Below, one piece after another: positions 55,432-64,000 of a DNA stretch of 64,000 nucleotides (positions are counted from its first letter, which is position 1; each line of letters starts with the position of its first letter). The stretch covers positions 1,336 through 65,335 of the forward strand of contig DATGED010000090.1 of the NCBI GenBank assembly GCA_035310525.1, in the 5' to 3' direction. Below the pieces are notes generated by a model that saw only the letters and a list, made by a program, of their open reading frames with translations, ran no database searches and was not told the DNA's origin. Position numbers and translations under genes: made by a program. Source of the DNA: Candidatus Acidiferrum sp. (GTDB lineage Bacteria > Acidobacteriota > Terriglobia > Acidiferrales > UBA7541).

Positions 55432-56019
55432 CTACTCCCTCGACAAAGCTGCGTGCCGGAAGCACCCCACCAAATGATCGTTGACCATCCCTGTGGCCTG
55501 CATGAACGCATAGCAGATCGTCGACCCCACAAACCGAAATCCGCGCTTCTGCAAATCCTTGCTCATCGCATCTGATTCTGCTGTCTTTGCCGGGACCCGC
55601 TTGTGTGTCTTCCAGGAATTTTGCTTTGGCCGCCCGCCCACAAATCGCCAAATATATGCGTCAAACGTCCCAAACTCCTGCTGCACTCTCAAAAACGCCT
55701 GTGCGTTCGAAATCGTCGCCGCAATTTTTAGCTTATTCCTGATAACCCCCGCATCCTTCAACAGCTCCCGGATTTTCTTCTTGTCGTACCGCGCGATTTT
55801 TTCAGCATTAAATCCATCAAACACTTCTCGATATCTCGCCCGTTTCTTCAGAATCGTGTCCCAACTCAATCCCGCCTGGGCGCCTTCCAGGATCAGCAGC
55901 TCAAATAGCCCCCGGTCGTCATGCAACGGGACTCCCCACTCCTCATCGTGGTAAGGAATATTCACTTCCTTCGTCGCCCACCAGCACCGCACCAATGCCG
56001 ACGATCCTGCGCCGCTCAT
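55432..56019 (-). CDS. tag: DNA-3-methyladenine glycosylase I
   Basis: RC.W, YHDEEWG, LEGAQAGLSW, IRNKLKI, FVGSTICYAFMQA.G.VNDH..C. Confidence 0.95.
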   Translation of the reverse strand: MSGAGSSALVRCWWATKEVNIPYHDEEWGVPLHDDRGLFELLILEGAQAGLSWDTILKKRARYREVFDGFNAEKIARYDKKKIRELLKDAGVIRNKLKIAATISNAQAFLRVQQEFGTFDAYIWRFVGGRPKQNSWKTHKRVPAKTAESDAMSKDLQKRGFRFVGSTICYAFMQATGMVNDHLVGCFRHAALSRE

Positions 56020-56030
56020 TTAACTCGTCC

Positions 56031-57377
56031 TCATCCCACTTTCACCGCAACATCCATGACGTGCTGCTCGCGATTTGGCACCGCCTGCACTGCAACTTTT
56101 GCACCACGTAGTCCCGCCCCCTGTGCCGCGGGGAACACTTCCTTCTTCACGAAGTCCAGCGGGTAGGCCGCGTCATAATCGTCGCCCGGCTTCAACCGCC
56201 ATCGCTTTGTCAACGATTCCTCTATCTTCGGTGGCAGTCCGGTAATCGCAAATCTCCCCATGTGATACTGCGGCCCTTCGGCCACCGTCACTCGGAAATG
56301 CACTCGGTGGGTTTGTTCGTCAAACACAGGCTCGGGCGAAACACTGGCTTCGATGTAGCCGCTCTTGGAGTACTCTTTCTGGACCGCGCTCCAACCCTCA
56401 TCTATCTTGATCCCGTTTGCGATGTCATTCGGCTTCATCCCTGTCGTCGCTTCCAGCCTCTCCGGCGCCAGTGCTCGGTCGCCGCTCCACTCCGCGGCTT
56501 CCCATCTGTAGACGCTTCCCTCGGAAATCGCATAGACATCCTCCACCGAATAATCGCTCGATCCCTCTGTGTGGCTTAAGATCTTGGGCGCCAGAGTTTC
56601 CACTTTTGCCTGCAAATAGCCGCGCTCCCGGTAATAGGACAGCAGTTTTGCTGTTCCAAAGAGCCTGCTCTGAAACGCCGAGTAATCCGCGCCAACAAGG
56701 CCGGCGGCCTCTTTCTGCAACGCCTCTGAATTTACGGTCAGGTTTCCTGTAAATCCGAGCGATTGAATCTTCGCGTTGGCCCCTTCCGCCACGAACATAT
56801 GGACCCAGTTGGGATCTCCGATCGAATTTTGCTGGATTCTCCGGCTCACCCGAACAACAATTCCTTTCTCCTTCGACAACTTCTCCAGAGCCCGCGAAAT
56901 ATCGTCAAGCATCTCTCCCGTCTCTGGTGCCACTCCGATATACAGCGGCACATCCTTCTTCAGCCCCGCTTGGATCTCGTCCTGCGTCAGCCATACAAAA
57001 TTATCAAATGCGCAGTTGCGAAATTTCGTGGCCTCTTCCACTTTGAACTCAATAGCGATCAAGCCTCCCTGCGGTACATAGCTGTAGCTGACCTCCGGGA
57101 ACGCTCCGCTCTTTCCCAGACGTTGTGCTGCCGCATCCAGGTCATTCACATTGAATTCTTGCCCTGCTTTCAAACCCGTCGCTGCTATTACCTGCTCCGC
57201 GCTGTAGCTCTTCTGTCCCCTGACGTGGATGGCGCCAATCTTGGCCGGCGTCGCGCCGCTCGATTGCTCCGTCTCAACTGCAAGTAATTTAGAGTGCGCC
57301 GCTCCGGCAGACGCCAGGATCACAGCAGCCATCCACAAACAAATCGAAACGACGGGTCGATCAAAAGGGCTAGCCAT
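56031..57377 (-). CDS. POTRA-repeat periplasmic protein without a beta-barrel
   Basis: Signal peptide; POTRA-like units (I.V.G...SGAF..V...VEE; Y.ERGY..A.V; Y...GY..A.V...V.EG.QY); ends after the last unit. Confidence 0.75.
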   Translation of the reverse strand: MASPFDRPVVSICLWMAAVILASAGAAHSKLLAVETEQSSGATPAKIGAIHVRGQKSYSAEQVIAATGLKAGQEFNVNDLDAAAQRLGKSGAFPEVSYSYVPQGGLIAIEFKVEEATKFRNCAFDNFVWLTQDEIQAGLKKDVPLYIGVAPETGEMLDDISRALEKLSKEKGIVVRVSRRIQQNSIGDPNWVHMFVAEGANAKIQSLGFTGNLTVNSEALQKEAAGLVGADYSAFQSRLFGTAKLLSYYRERGYLQAKVETLAPKILSHTEGSSDYSVEDVYAISEGSVYRWEAAEWSGDRALAPERLEATTGMKPNDIANGIKIDEGWSAVQKEYSKSGYIEASVSPEPVFDEQTHRVHFRVTVAEGPQYHMGRFAITGLPPKIEESLTKRWRLKPGDDYDAAYPLDFVKKEVFPAAQGAGLRGAKVAVQAVPNREQHVMDVAVKVG

Positions 57378-57630
57378 GCGCCGGATTGTAAATGTGTCCA
57401 TACTGAATCGCAAATGTATCAACCCATGTAGCCCTCAGACGCGGGCTGCGATCTTATTCCCCCGCTTCGTCTCCAACTCACCCAAATCATGCCCCTGCGC
57501 TGAGAATCTGCGCCGAGAATCTTATTCACATTAAGTAAATTCCGTGGTGATATACTTCTCGTAAACTATTGCGTTTGATCCCTGTCGCCATCGGGCCAAA
57601 TCCCAAAGTGCGAGAGGCGCCGCAACTTGC

Positions 57631-57719
57631 AAAGGTGTCAAAACAAAAGGCTTATAAACCATTTAGAATCACATCTTTTGCAGACTCCCACCGCTTAACT
57701 CTTTTGTTTTGACATCTTT
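57631..57719. repeat. AT-rich intergenic inverted-repeat element
   Basis: aaaggtgtcaaaacaaaag (57631-57649) pairs 18/19 with cttttgttttgacatcttt (57701-57719); a third degenerate copy lies between. Confidence 0.7.
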
Positions 57720-57847
57720 CCGAAAAACGTGGGAAGTGCGTAGGCACCTTGCCGAGTAAATTCCCAATTGGGGACCAAAGCTGGAACAATCTTCTTGCGG
57801 AGTTTTCTACTTCAGAGTCTCGACAGCCTCAAGGAAGTTAGCGTGTT

Positions 57848-58657
57848 CTACTTCAGTATGGAATGGATGATGATCGTATTCCCGCCGAGCAGCACTGGGT
57901 CCGACGCCAACTCATTCGTCCACCGATCTTCACGTCGCTTTTCCGGCGTCAACTTTGCCACGATCCTTATGAGCGCCACCAACGGCCAATACAGCCACTG
58001 GTTCGCCTTTTTTCGGTCCCGGTAAACGCCTTGAATCGCAAATCCGTTCTTCTCGAGATAATACCGCAGCTCGTTGTAGCCTATCGGGTTAGCGTGCACA
58101 GAAATCTCGTCTTTCCCCGCGCAGTCGTAATGAATCTTGGCTTTGAATTGTTCCGAAAGCGGCTTGAAATGCGACGTATACCCGAAAAGCAGCCACTTTA
58201 CCCGCTCTTCGATATTCATGATGTTCGGCACGCTGATGATCAGGTGTCCGCCCGGCTTCAGCAGTCGCTTGTATTCGCGGAACGCCTGCGGCGGCGAATC
58301 GATATGCTCGAGTCCGTCCAGCGAGGTGATGTAGTCGAACGATTCCGACGCATACGGGAGCGTGCCTGCCAGGTCGCCGCGCTTGATCTCTACGCCATCC
58401 AACCGGAACAATTCCGAATATAAGTCGCAGCAGCGCACATCAAAGCCCTCAGCAAGCAAATCCTCCGCGAGCGCGCCCTCTCCCGTGGGGCAATCCAGAA
58501 TCTTCCCGCGTGGCAGCGGTTTCAATATCTTGAGAACCGTTTCGTGAAGCCCAGGCCGCGAGATTGCCTCCGGCCCGCGCTCTCCCGCGAGCATGGGCGG
58601 ATGATCCGCTGGCTTAATTTTCCGAGACGCCGTTGCCGCTGTCTCTGCTGTGGCCAA
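57848..58657 (-). CDS. Class I SAM-dependent methyltransferase
   Basis: ILDCPTGEG motif I, LPY..ESFD, LEH, LKPGG.LI.SVPN; TTG start chosen from an AGGAG RBS. Confidence 0.85.
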   Translation of the reverse strand: MATAETAATASRKIKPADHPPMLAGERGPEAISRPGLHETVLKILKPLPRGKILDCPTGEGALAEDLLAEGFDVRCCDLYSELFRLDGVEIKRGDLAGTLPYASESFDYITSLDGLEHIDSPPQAFREYKRLLKPGGHLIISVPNIMNIEERVKWLLFGYTSHFKPLSEQFKAKIHYDCAGKDEISVHANPIGYNELRYYLEKNGFAIQGVYRDRKKANQWLYWPLVALIRIVAKLTPEKRREDRWTNELASDPVLLGGNTIIIHSILK

Positions 58658-58783
58658 TCTCTGCTCCTGAAATCCTGTCCTCGCGCCAAAAGTAAAGGGC
58701 ACGCCGTATTCAACTCTACGACATGCCCCGCCATTCTTTCTAACTTTTTCGCCGCGCCGCTCGCGCAACGTGCATTCTGCGAA

Positions 58784-59131
58784 TTACGCCACGTGGCGGT
58801 CCAGCGCCTTGGTGATTTGATCTTTCGGCAATGCGCCGACAATCTGTTCCACCACCTGCCCGTTCTTGAAAACGAGCAGTGTGGGGATTCCGCGGATATT
58901 GTAGCGCCCCGCCGAATTCATCGCCTCGTCCACGTTTAACTTCATCACCTTGAGCTTTCCTGCATAGTCGTGCGCAATCTCCGCAACCGTCGGAGCCAGC
59001 ATATGGCAGGGCCTGCACCACTCGGCCCAGAAGTCCACCATGACCGGCTGGGTGCTGCTTGCCGTCAGAACTTCGGCTTCAAAATTTGCGTCCGTCGCTG
59101 CCTGAATATTCTCTGCTGTATTCTGTGCCAT
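58784..59131 (-). CDS. trxA: Thioredoxin
   Basis: VDFWAEWCRPC, KLNVD, IRGIPTL..FKNG. Confidence 0.93.
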   Translation of the reverse strand: MAQNTAENIQAATDANFEAEVLTASSTQPVMVDFWAEWCRPCHMLAPTVAEIAHDYAGKLKVMKLNVDEAMNSAGRYNIRGIPTLLVFKNGQVVEQIVGALPKDQITKALDRHVA

Positions 59132-59187
59132 GTTCTTTGTCCTCAACAGCTTGCCCGAGGGCGGCTGTTAGTCTCTCCTTCGTCAAG

Positions 59188-60765
59188 TTAATTAGATGTA
59201 GCAACGCCGATTTGGTTTCGCGACGCCTTCGCTGCGCCTCGAAGAGTCACCGCCGCTTCGTACAGCTTTGCATACTCCGCCGCAGGCCCCTTCCAGGAAA
59301 AATCCTTCGCCATTCCGTTCAACTGGATGCGCTTCCAGATACGCTCGTCGGTGCAATGGTGCAGCGCTTGCCGGATCGCGTGCATCATGGCATCGCCGGA
59401 ATATTCCGCGAACTTGAAACCCGTTCCTGTACCGTGCTCCAGATCGAAAGGCTCGACGGTATCGTCCAGTCCGCCGGTCGCTCTTACAACCGGCACCGTA
59501 CCATACTTCAGGCTGTAGATCTGATTCAACCCGCAAGGCTCGTAACGCGACGGCATCAGAAACATGTCCGCGCCAGCCTCGATTTTATGCGCAAGTTCGT
59601 TGTCATAGGCAATTTTCACGCCGGCACGTCCTGGAAATGAACTCGCCAGCGCCGTGAAAAGCTCTTCATACTTCCGCTCGCCGGTTCCAAGGACGACCAG
59701 CGAGAGTTCCTCTTTCATCAACTCGTACGCTTTCTCTGCGATCAAATCGAAGCCCTTTTGATCCGCGAATCGCGAGACGATGCCGATTACCGGACGGGAT
59801 ACATTCTCCGGCGCAATTCCGAAAAGTTCCAGCAATGCCTGTTTGCAGACGTGCTTCCCCCCCATTTCCTTCGCGGAGTACTTCATTGGAATCAACTTGT
59901 CCTTATCCGGACTCCATGCGGAGTAATCCACACCGTTCAAGATGCCCGTCAGCCGCTCGGCGCGTGTGCGCACCACGCCGTCCAAGCCGAATCCATACTC
60001 CGGTGTCTGAATTTCCTGCGCGTATCGTTTGCTTACAGTCGTAAAAAGGTCAGAATAGACAATCCCGCCCTTCAGGAAATTCACATTGCCAAAGAATTCC
60101 AGCCCGGCGGGATGGTACACACTCATAGGAATTCCCGCGCGTTCAAGGACGACTTTCGGGAAGAGCCCGTGGTAGCCCATGTTGTGAATGGTGAACATCA
60201 CGGGAATGTCTTTAACGACTGGATCGTCGCCATACGAAGTGCGCAGCAGGACCGGCACCAGTGCTGTCGGCCAGTCGTGGCAGTGAATCACCTCCGCGGG
60301 CCAAACATGTTTCACAATTTCGATTGCCGCTCGGCAGAATTCGCTGTAGCGCTCCGCGTTGTCGGCAAAGTCGCCGGCGCTGTTTCCGTAGAGTCCGTCG
60401 CGGTCAAAGTATTCCGGATCATCGACAAAAAAATAACGGACGCCGGAAATTTGCGTTCCATCGAGAATCGCGGGAAACCGCAAGCGATTGGCGAGGGGAA
60501 TCGTCATGCTGGGGATCACCACGACACCAGCCTTCGTTCCCCGGTAGCGCGGCAGAACGACAGCGACTTCGTGACCCAGCGCCACCAGCGCCTTAGGCAG
60601 CGCCTCGACAACGTCTGCCAGGCCCCCGGTCTTGGAAAACGGCAGCCCCTCCGATGCTACGAAAAGTATTCTCACTCGCTTCTCAGTACCCGGCTCTCTT
60701 GGCGACCTTCGTGTTTTTGTCTTTTTCGGAGCATTCACTGTGTTGATCGCATCGTGCGCACTCAT
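59188..60765 (-). CDS. glgA: Glycogen synthase
   Basis: KTGGLADV, HCHDW, FTIHN..Y.G, GILNG.D, PSRYEPCGL.Q, TGGL.DTV. Confidence 0.95.
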   Translation of the reverse strand: MSAHDAINTVNAPKKTKTRRSPREPGTEKRVRILFVASEGLPFSKTGGLADVVEALPKALVALGHEVAVVLPRYRGTKAGVVVIPSMTIPLANRLRFPAILDGTQISGVRYFFVDDPEYFDRDGLYGNSAGDFADNAERYSEFCRAAIEIVKHVWPAEVIHCHDWPTALVPVLLRTSYGDDPVVKDIPVMFTIHNMGYHGLFPKVVLERAGIPMSVYHPAGLEFFGNVNFLKGGIVYSDLFTTVSKRYAQEIQTPEYGFGLDGVVRTRAERLTGILNGVDYSAWSPDKDKLIPMKYSAKEMGGKHVCKQALLELFGIAPENVSRPVIGIVSRFADQKGFDLIAEKAYELMKEELSLVVLGTGERKYEELFTALASSFPGRAGVKIAYDNELAHKIEAGADMFLMPSRYEPCGLNQIYSLKYGTVPVVRATGGLDDTVEPFDLEHGTGTGFKFAEYSGDAMMHAIRQALHHCTDERIWKRIQLNGMAKDFSWKGPAAEYAKLYEAAVTLRGAAKASRNQIGVATSN

Positions 60766-60848
60766 TTTACGCTACTGGAGGGAATTCGCGCCGTCAAGAA
60801 CGAACCATCCGAACCGAGATGAGCGCTTGCTGATACACTCTCCGCGGC

Positions 60849-61673
60849 ATGGCCCGTCAACGTCTCGGACAACATTTTCTGTCGGACGCCGGATGGCGCG
60901 AACAAATCGCGCGCGCCATTGGCGTTTCGCCGCACTCACCCCAGCGCGCGCAGGCTGAGCCGCATCAGCCGCACTGCTGGATCGAAATCGGCGCGGGCCA
61001 CGGCGAAATGACCGCGTATCTCGCCGCCACGGGCGACGCCGCCTACGCAATTGAGCTGGATCCACTGCTGGCGGCGCGCCTGGATAAGCTTCCGAAGAAA
61101 TTTCAGAATCTTTCCGTTGTTCACGCCGATGTTCTTGAAACTGATCTGGCCGCGCTCGCCTGCGAACGCCGCATCCGCGTCTACGGCAATTTGCCTTACT
61201 ACATCACCTCGCCGATTCTTCATCATTTGCTCTTGTTCGCGGACCGCATCGATGAAATTCATATCGTCATTCAGGAAGAAGTCGCCTTGCGTCTTGCCGC
61301 AAAACCGGGGACAAAGCTGTTTGGATATCTTTCCGTCGTAACGCAGCTCTTTAGCCGCCCGGAGCTGGTCCTACACATCCCACGCGGCGCGTTCAGCCCG
61401 CCGCCTGAGGTTGACTCCGCGCTGGTGACTCTTCGCTTCCCCGGCGAACGGGCCTCACTATCGCTTCCCGATCAACCCGCTTTTCTGGATTTTGTGAAGC
61501 TATGTTTTTCGCAGAAACGAAAAACCCTGGTCAACAATTTGCGGTCATTGGCGAAGCCGCCAATCGTCCGCGAGGCTCTTGCAGCGCAGAATCTGCGCGC
61601 GGATGCGCGCGCAGAGCAACTTTCCGTCCCGCAATTCGCGGCTCTTCACGCGTCCCTTACTTCTGCGCACTAA
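60849..61673 (+). CDS. rsmA: 16S rRNA adenine dimethyltransferase
   Basis: LGQHFL, EIGAG.G, GNLPYYITSPIL, F.PPP.VDS, RKTL.N.L, RAEQLS. Confidence 0.95.
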   Translation: MARQRLGQHFLSDAGWREQIARAIGVSPHSPQRAQAEPHQPHCWIEIGAGHGEMTAYLAATGDAAYAIELDPLLAARLDKLPKKFQNLSVVHADVLETDLAALACERRIRVYGNLPYYITSPILHHLLLFADRIDEIHIVIQEEVALRLAAKPGTKLFGYLSVVTQLFSRPELVLHIPRGAFSPPPEVDSALVTLRFPGERASLSLPDQPAFLDFVKLCFSQKRKTLVNNLRSLAKPPIVREALAAQNLRADARAEQLSVPQFAALHASLTSAH

Positions 61674-62437
61674 CCTTTCTCGCCGTCCTTCCTCGCCGCG
61701 GCGAGCAACCGGTCTGGATAATCACTCATGATGCCGTCGACTCCCGCGCCCATCAGAAGCCGGATGTGTGCCGGATGATTTACGGTCCAGCACACCACCT
61801 GCACGTCCCTCTTATGCGCTTCCGTAATCATCGAAGGGGTGACCAGGTCCCCGCGAACGACAATCTGCCGCGCGCCCACATCCAGAGCGGATTTCAACGG
61901 ATCAGCGAGTTGCCCGTCATACAACACCCCGGTCATCAGCGTCGGTTCGATCTTGCGCAATCCCGCCAGAATCGCGGGATCGAACGAAATCACAACCACG
62001 CGCGCCACTTCTCCCGATTCTCGCAGCGCGCCGATAAGGGCATGTTCCCCGCCCCAGGAGCCGCTGGGCTTCAGCTCGAGGTAAAACACGATGTCATTTT
62101 TTTTTGTGAACTCGAGAATTTCTTCGAGGGTCGGAATGCGTTCACCAGTGTATTCGCTTCCGAACCAGGAGCCCGCGTCCAGCCGTCGCAACGAAGCGAG
62201 GGTTTGATCATGCACCTTGCCCTGGCCATTCGTCGTGCGGTCCACGCTGTCGTCATGAATCGCAACGAAACGGGCGTCCCGCGAGAGCTGCAAGTCCGTC
62301 TCGATAAAGGCTGCTCCCAGCGCGACGGCCTTGCGGAACGCCGCCAAAGTGTTCTCTGGCGCGTGGCCGGATGCTCCGCGATGTCCGATAATCAGCAATT
62401 CGCCGCTCCCTCTCGAGCAGCTACCCCTTGCAGGCAT
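61670..62437 (-). CDS. Glycerophosphodiester phosphodiesterase
   Basis: GHRGA...APENT, ETD...S.D...V..HD...RTT, ELK, WTVN, GVDGI.SD.P. Confidence 0.92.
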   Translation of the reverse strand: MPARGSCSRGSGELLIIGHRGASGHAPENTLAAFRKAVALGAAFIETDLQLSRDARFVAIHDDSVDRTTNGQGKVHDQTLASLRRLDAGSWFGSEYTGERIPTLEEILEFTKKNDIVFYLELKPSGSWGGEHALIGALRESGEVARVVVISFDPAILAGLRKIEPTLMTGVLYDGQLADPLKSALDVGARQIVVRGDLVTPSMITEAHKRDVQVVCWTVNHPAHIRLLMGAGVDGIMSDYPDRLLAAARKDGEKG

Positions 62438-62601
62438 CTTCGCCTGCAAAGGACTTCAGCTAGCTGCCAGGATTGTGCCGGCCGCAGAATGATATTTTAT
62501 TATGCTAGCATCTGCATGCTTTTAATCGGGTGTGCACCCTATTCGGGTGCATCTTGAATCTAACCAAGGGAGGTCGACCCAACTCAGTTAAGGAGTAGAA
62601 C

Positions 62602-63174
62602 GTGAAGATCAGACTCCGGGCCATTCTCACAGCGATTCTACTTTCTGTGTTCATTGCAACCGCGTTACCCATCCCAGCCACTCCGCTCCAAAAATCCAAG
62701 AGTCAAGGCGAGCCGAAGACGGAGAAACAATTGGTTCGCGAAGTTCGGCATCAACTCGTCATGCTGCCGTACTACACTGTCTTCGACAATCTCACCTACA
62801 GGGTGGAAGGAGACAAAGTCATTCTGGGAGGACAGGTTGTGCGTCCCACGCTCAAATCTGACGCCGCGGGAGTGGTGAAAACTATCGACGGAGTAGGATC
62901 CGTCGTCAACAATATTGAAGTCCTGCCGCTGTCACCGATGGATGACCAATCGCGCCGGGCCGTGTATCGCGCAATTTATGGGGACACGTCGCTTTCGCGT
63001 TATGGCTATTCGGCAGTGCCTTCGATTCACATCATCGTCAAAAATGGAAATGTTACTCTGGAGGGCATCGTGGATAACGACTCGGACAAGAATCTGGCCA
63101 ATCTGCGTGCCAGCCAGGTCCCCAATGTATTTTCCGTGAAGAACAACCTCACCGTTGGAAACTACGGAAAATAA
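62602..63174 (+). CDS. Periplasmic double-BON-domain protein
   Basis: Signal peptide; two BON units (V.L.G.V...GV..V.N.IEV; IHI.V.NG.VTLEG.V...V.SV.N.L); AAGGAG RBS. Confidence 0.88.
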   Translation: MKIRLRAILTAILLSVFIATALPIPATPLQKSKSQGEPKTEKQLVREVRHQLVMLPYYTVFDNLTYRVEGDKVILGGQVVRPTLKSDAAGVVKTIDGVGSVVNNIEVLPLSPMDDQSRRAVYRAIYGDTSLSRYGYSAVPSIHIIVKNGNVTLEGIVDNDSDKNLANLRASQVPNVFSVKNNLTVGNYGK

Positions 63175-63196
63175 GAAGTAACGGGCGGCGGGAGCA

Positions 63197-63985
63197 TCAG
63201 GCGCCTCCCGCCGCTCCACTCCTTATTAGCTGCCTGGAAATCCGCCGAGTGGTTTCCTTCAATGCTTCCACGAATTTCGGCAGGTTTTCTTCGTCCACTT
63301 GCGTAAGCGTGCCGCTGACGCCAAGCGCGGCAGCCACGTTGCCCGCAGCGTCAAAAATCGGGGCGCCCAAACACCTGGCGCCGACGCTGTTTTCTTCATC
63401 ATCGACGGCATACCCCTGGGTTCGCACAAGCTCGAGATCGGCCAGCAACCGCGTCATCGTGGTGATGGTTTTGGGAGTGCGTTTTTTCATGCCGTGCTGG
63501 CGCATGATGGCTTCCAGCTCCTGCTTGGGCAGCCACGCGAGCAATGCTTTGCCCACACTTGTGGAGTGCAGGAACATTCTTCGCCCCACCCATGTGTTCA
63601 CTTTGAAAAAGCCTGGTGCCTCGACTTTTTCAATGTAAACGGCTTCCCCCTGATCCAGGACAGCGAGGTGCGCTGTCAGGTGCACGCGCTCCACGAGCGA
63701 CCGCATGAATGGGAGGGCCACATCCGCGATGTCCAAATTCGACTGCGCGTCTCCGCCCAAGCTGAGAATCTTTAGCCCGAGACAGTAGCGCCCGGAGCTG
63801 GCGTCGCGCCGGAGGTAGCCGCGCCGTTCCAGGGTTCGCAAAATGTAACTTGCCGAGCTCTTTGGGATGGCAAGTTTACGGCTGATCTCGGAATTGGTGA
63901 GACCGTCGCGGCGATGAGCGACGTTTTCGAGGATGTTAAGAGCGCGTTCGACGGCGGTCGCGGGGCTCGAATCGGTTCCTGCCAC
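63197..63985 (-). CDS. IclR-family transcriptional regulator
   Basis: AVERAL.IL, HTH PKSS...IL.TL...GY, H.TSVGKALLA, GYA.DDEE...G..C..API; GGAGG RBS. Confidence 0.93.
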   Translation of the reverse strand: MAGTDSSPATAVERALNILENVAHRRDGLTNSEISRKLAIPKSSASYILRTLERRGYLRRDASSGRYCLGLKILSLGGDAQSNLDIADVALPFMRSLVERVHLTAHLAVLDQGEAVYIEKVEAPGFFKVNTWVGRRMFLHSTSVGKALLAWLPKQELEAIMRQHGMKKRTPKTITTMTRLLADLELVRTQGYAVDDEENSVGARCLGAPIFDAAGNVAAALGVSGTLTQVDEENLPKFVEALKETTRRISRQLIRSGAAGGA

Positions 63986-64000
63986 GGCGGGCCTCCTAGG

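Noticed and set aside
58784-59131. Thioredoxin WCRPC instead of WCGPC
   Set aside because: Minor CxxC variant; otherwise a canonical TrxA
62532-62552. Short inverted repeat gtgcaccc/gggtgcat upstream of the BON gene
   Set aside because: Single short stem; operator, promoter element and chance cannot be told apart

Overview
A gene-dense, GC-rich chromosomal window that reads like an Acidobacteriota (Terriglobia-like) genome; this is inferred from gene content. I found no rRNA, tRNA, CRISPR array, prophage or IS element. In order: peptide/amino-acid utilisation genes (0.5-9.4 kb); a sugar-acid cluster with a UxaA-type dehydratase, Zn-dehydrogenase, SDR and ACS-type MFS transporter (9.6-15.6 kb); secreted proteins of unknown function; a GbsR-regulated DCC/YndJ operon; an octaheme-HEAT-TPR cytochrome coupled to a CRTAC1/ASPIC-UnbV protein; ribA and thiS; a complex I operon lacking nuoB and nuoI, with nuoE-nuoF fused (31.7-45.0 kb); a convergent run purA-moeA-moaC-RR/DUF4388-mog-[proC scar]-nuoN2-atpZ-atpI-atpB-atpE; then housekeeping genes (tag, trxA, glgA, rsmA, GDPD, BON, IclR). 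The most unusual observations are: (1) a stand-alone divergent NuoN paralog that has lost the TM7 lysine and overlaps the ATP synthase Fo genes; (2) an unannotated proC 3' remnant joined to the mog stop through a 9-nt microhomology; (3) a candidate C5-epimerising sugar-acid route whose SDR has YxxxR; (4) the octaheme-TPR/CRTAC1 pair. Start codons were adjusted by eye and no database searches were run.
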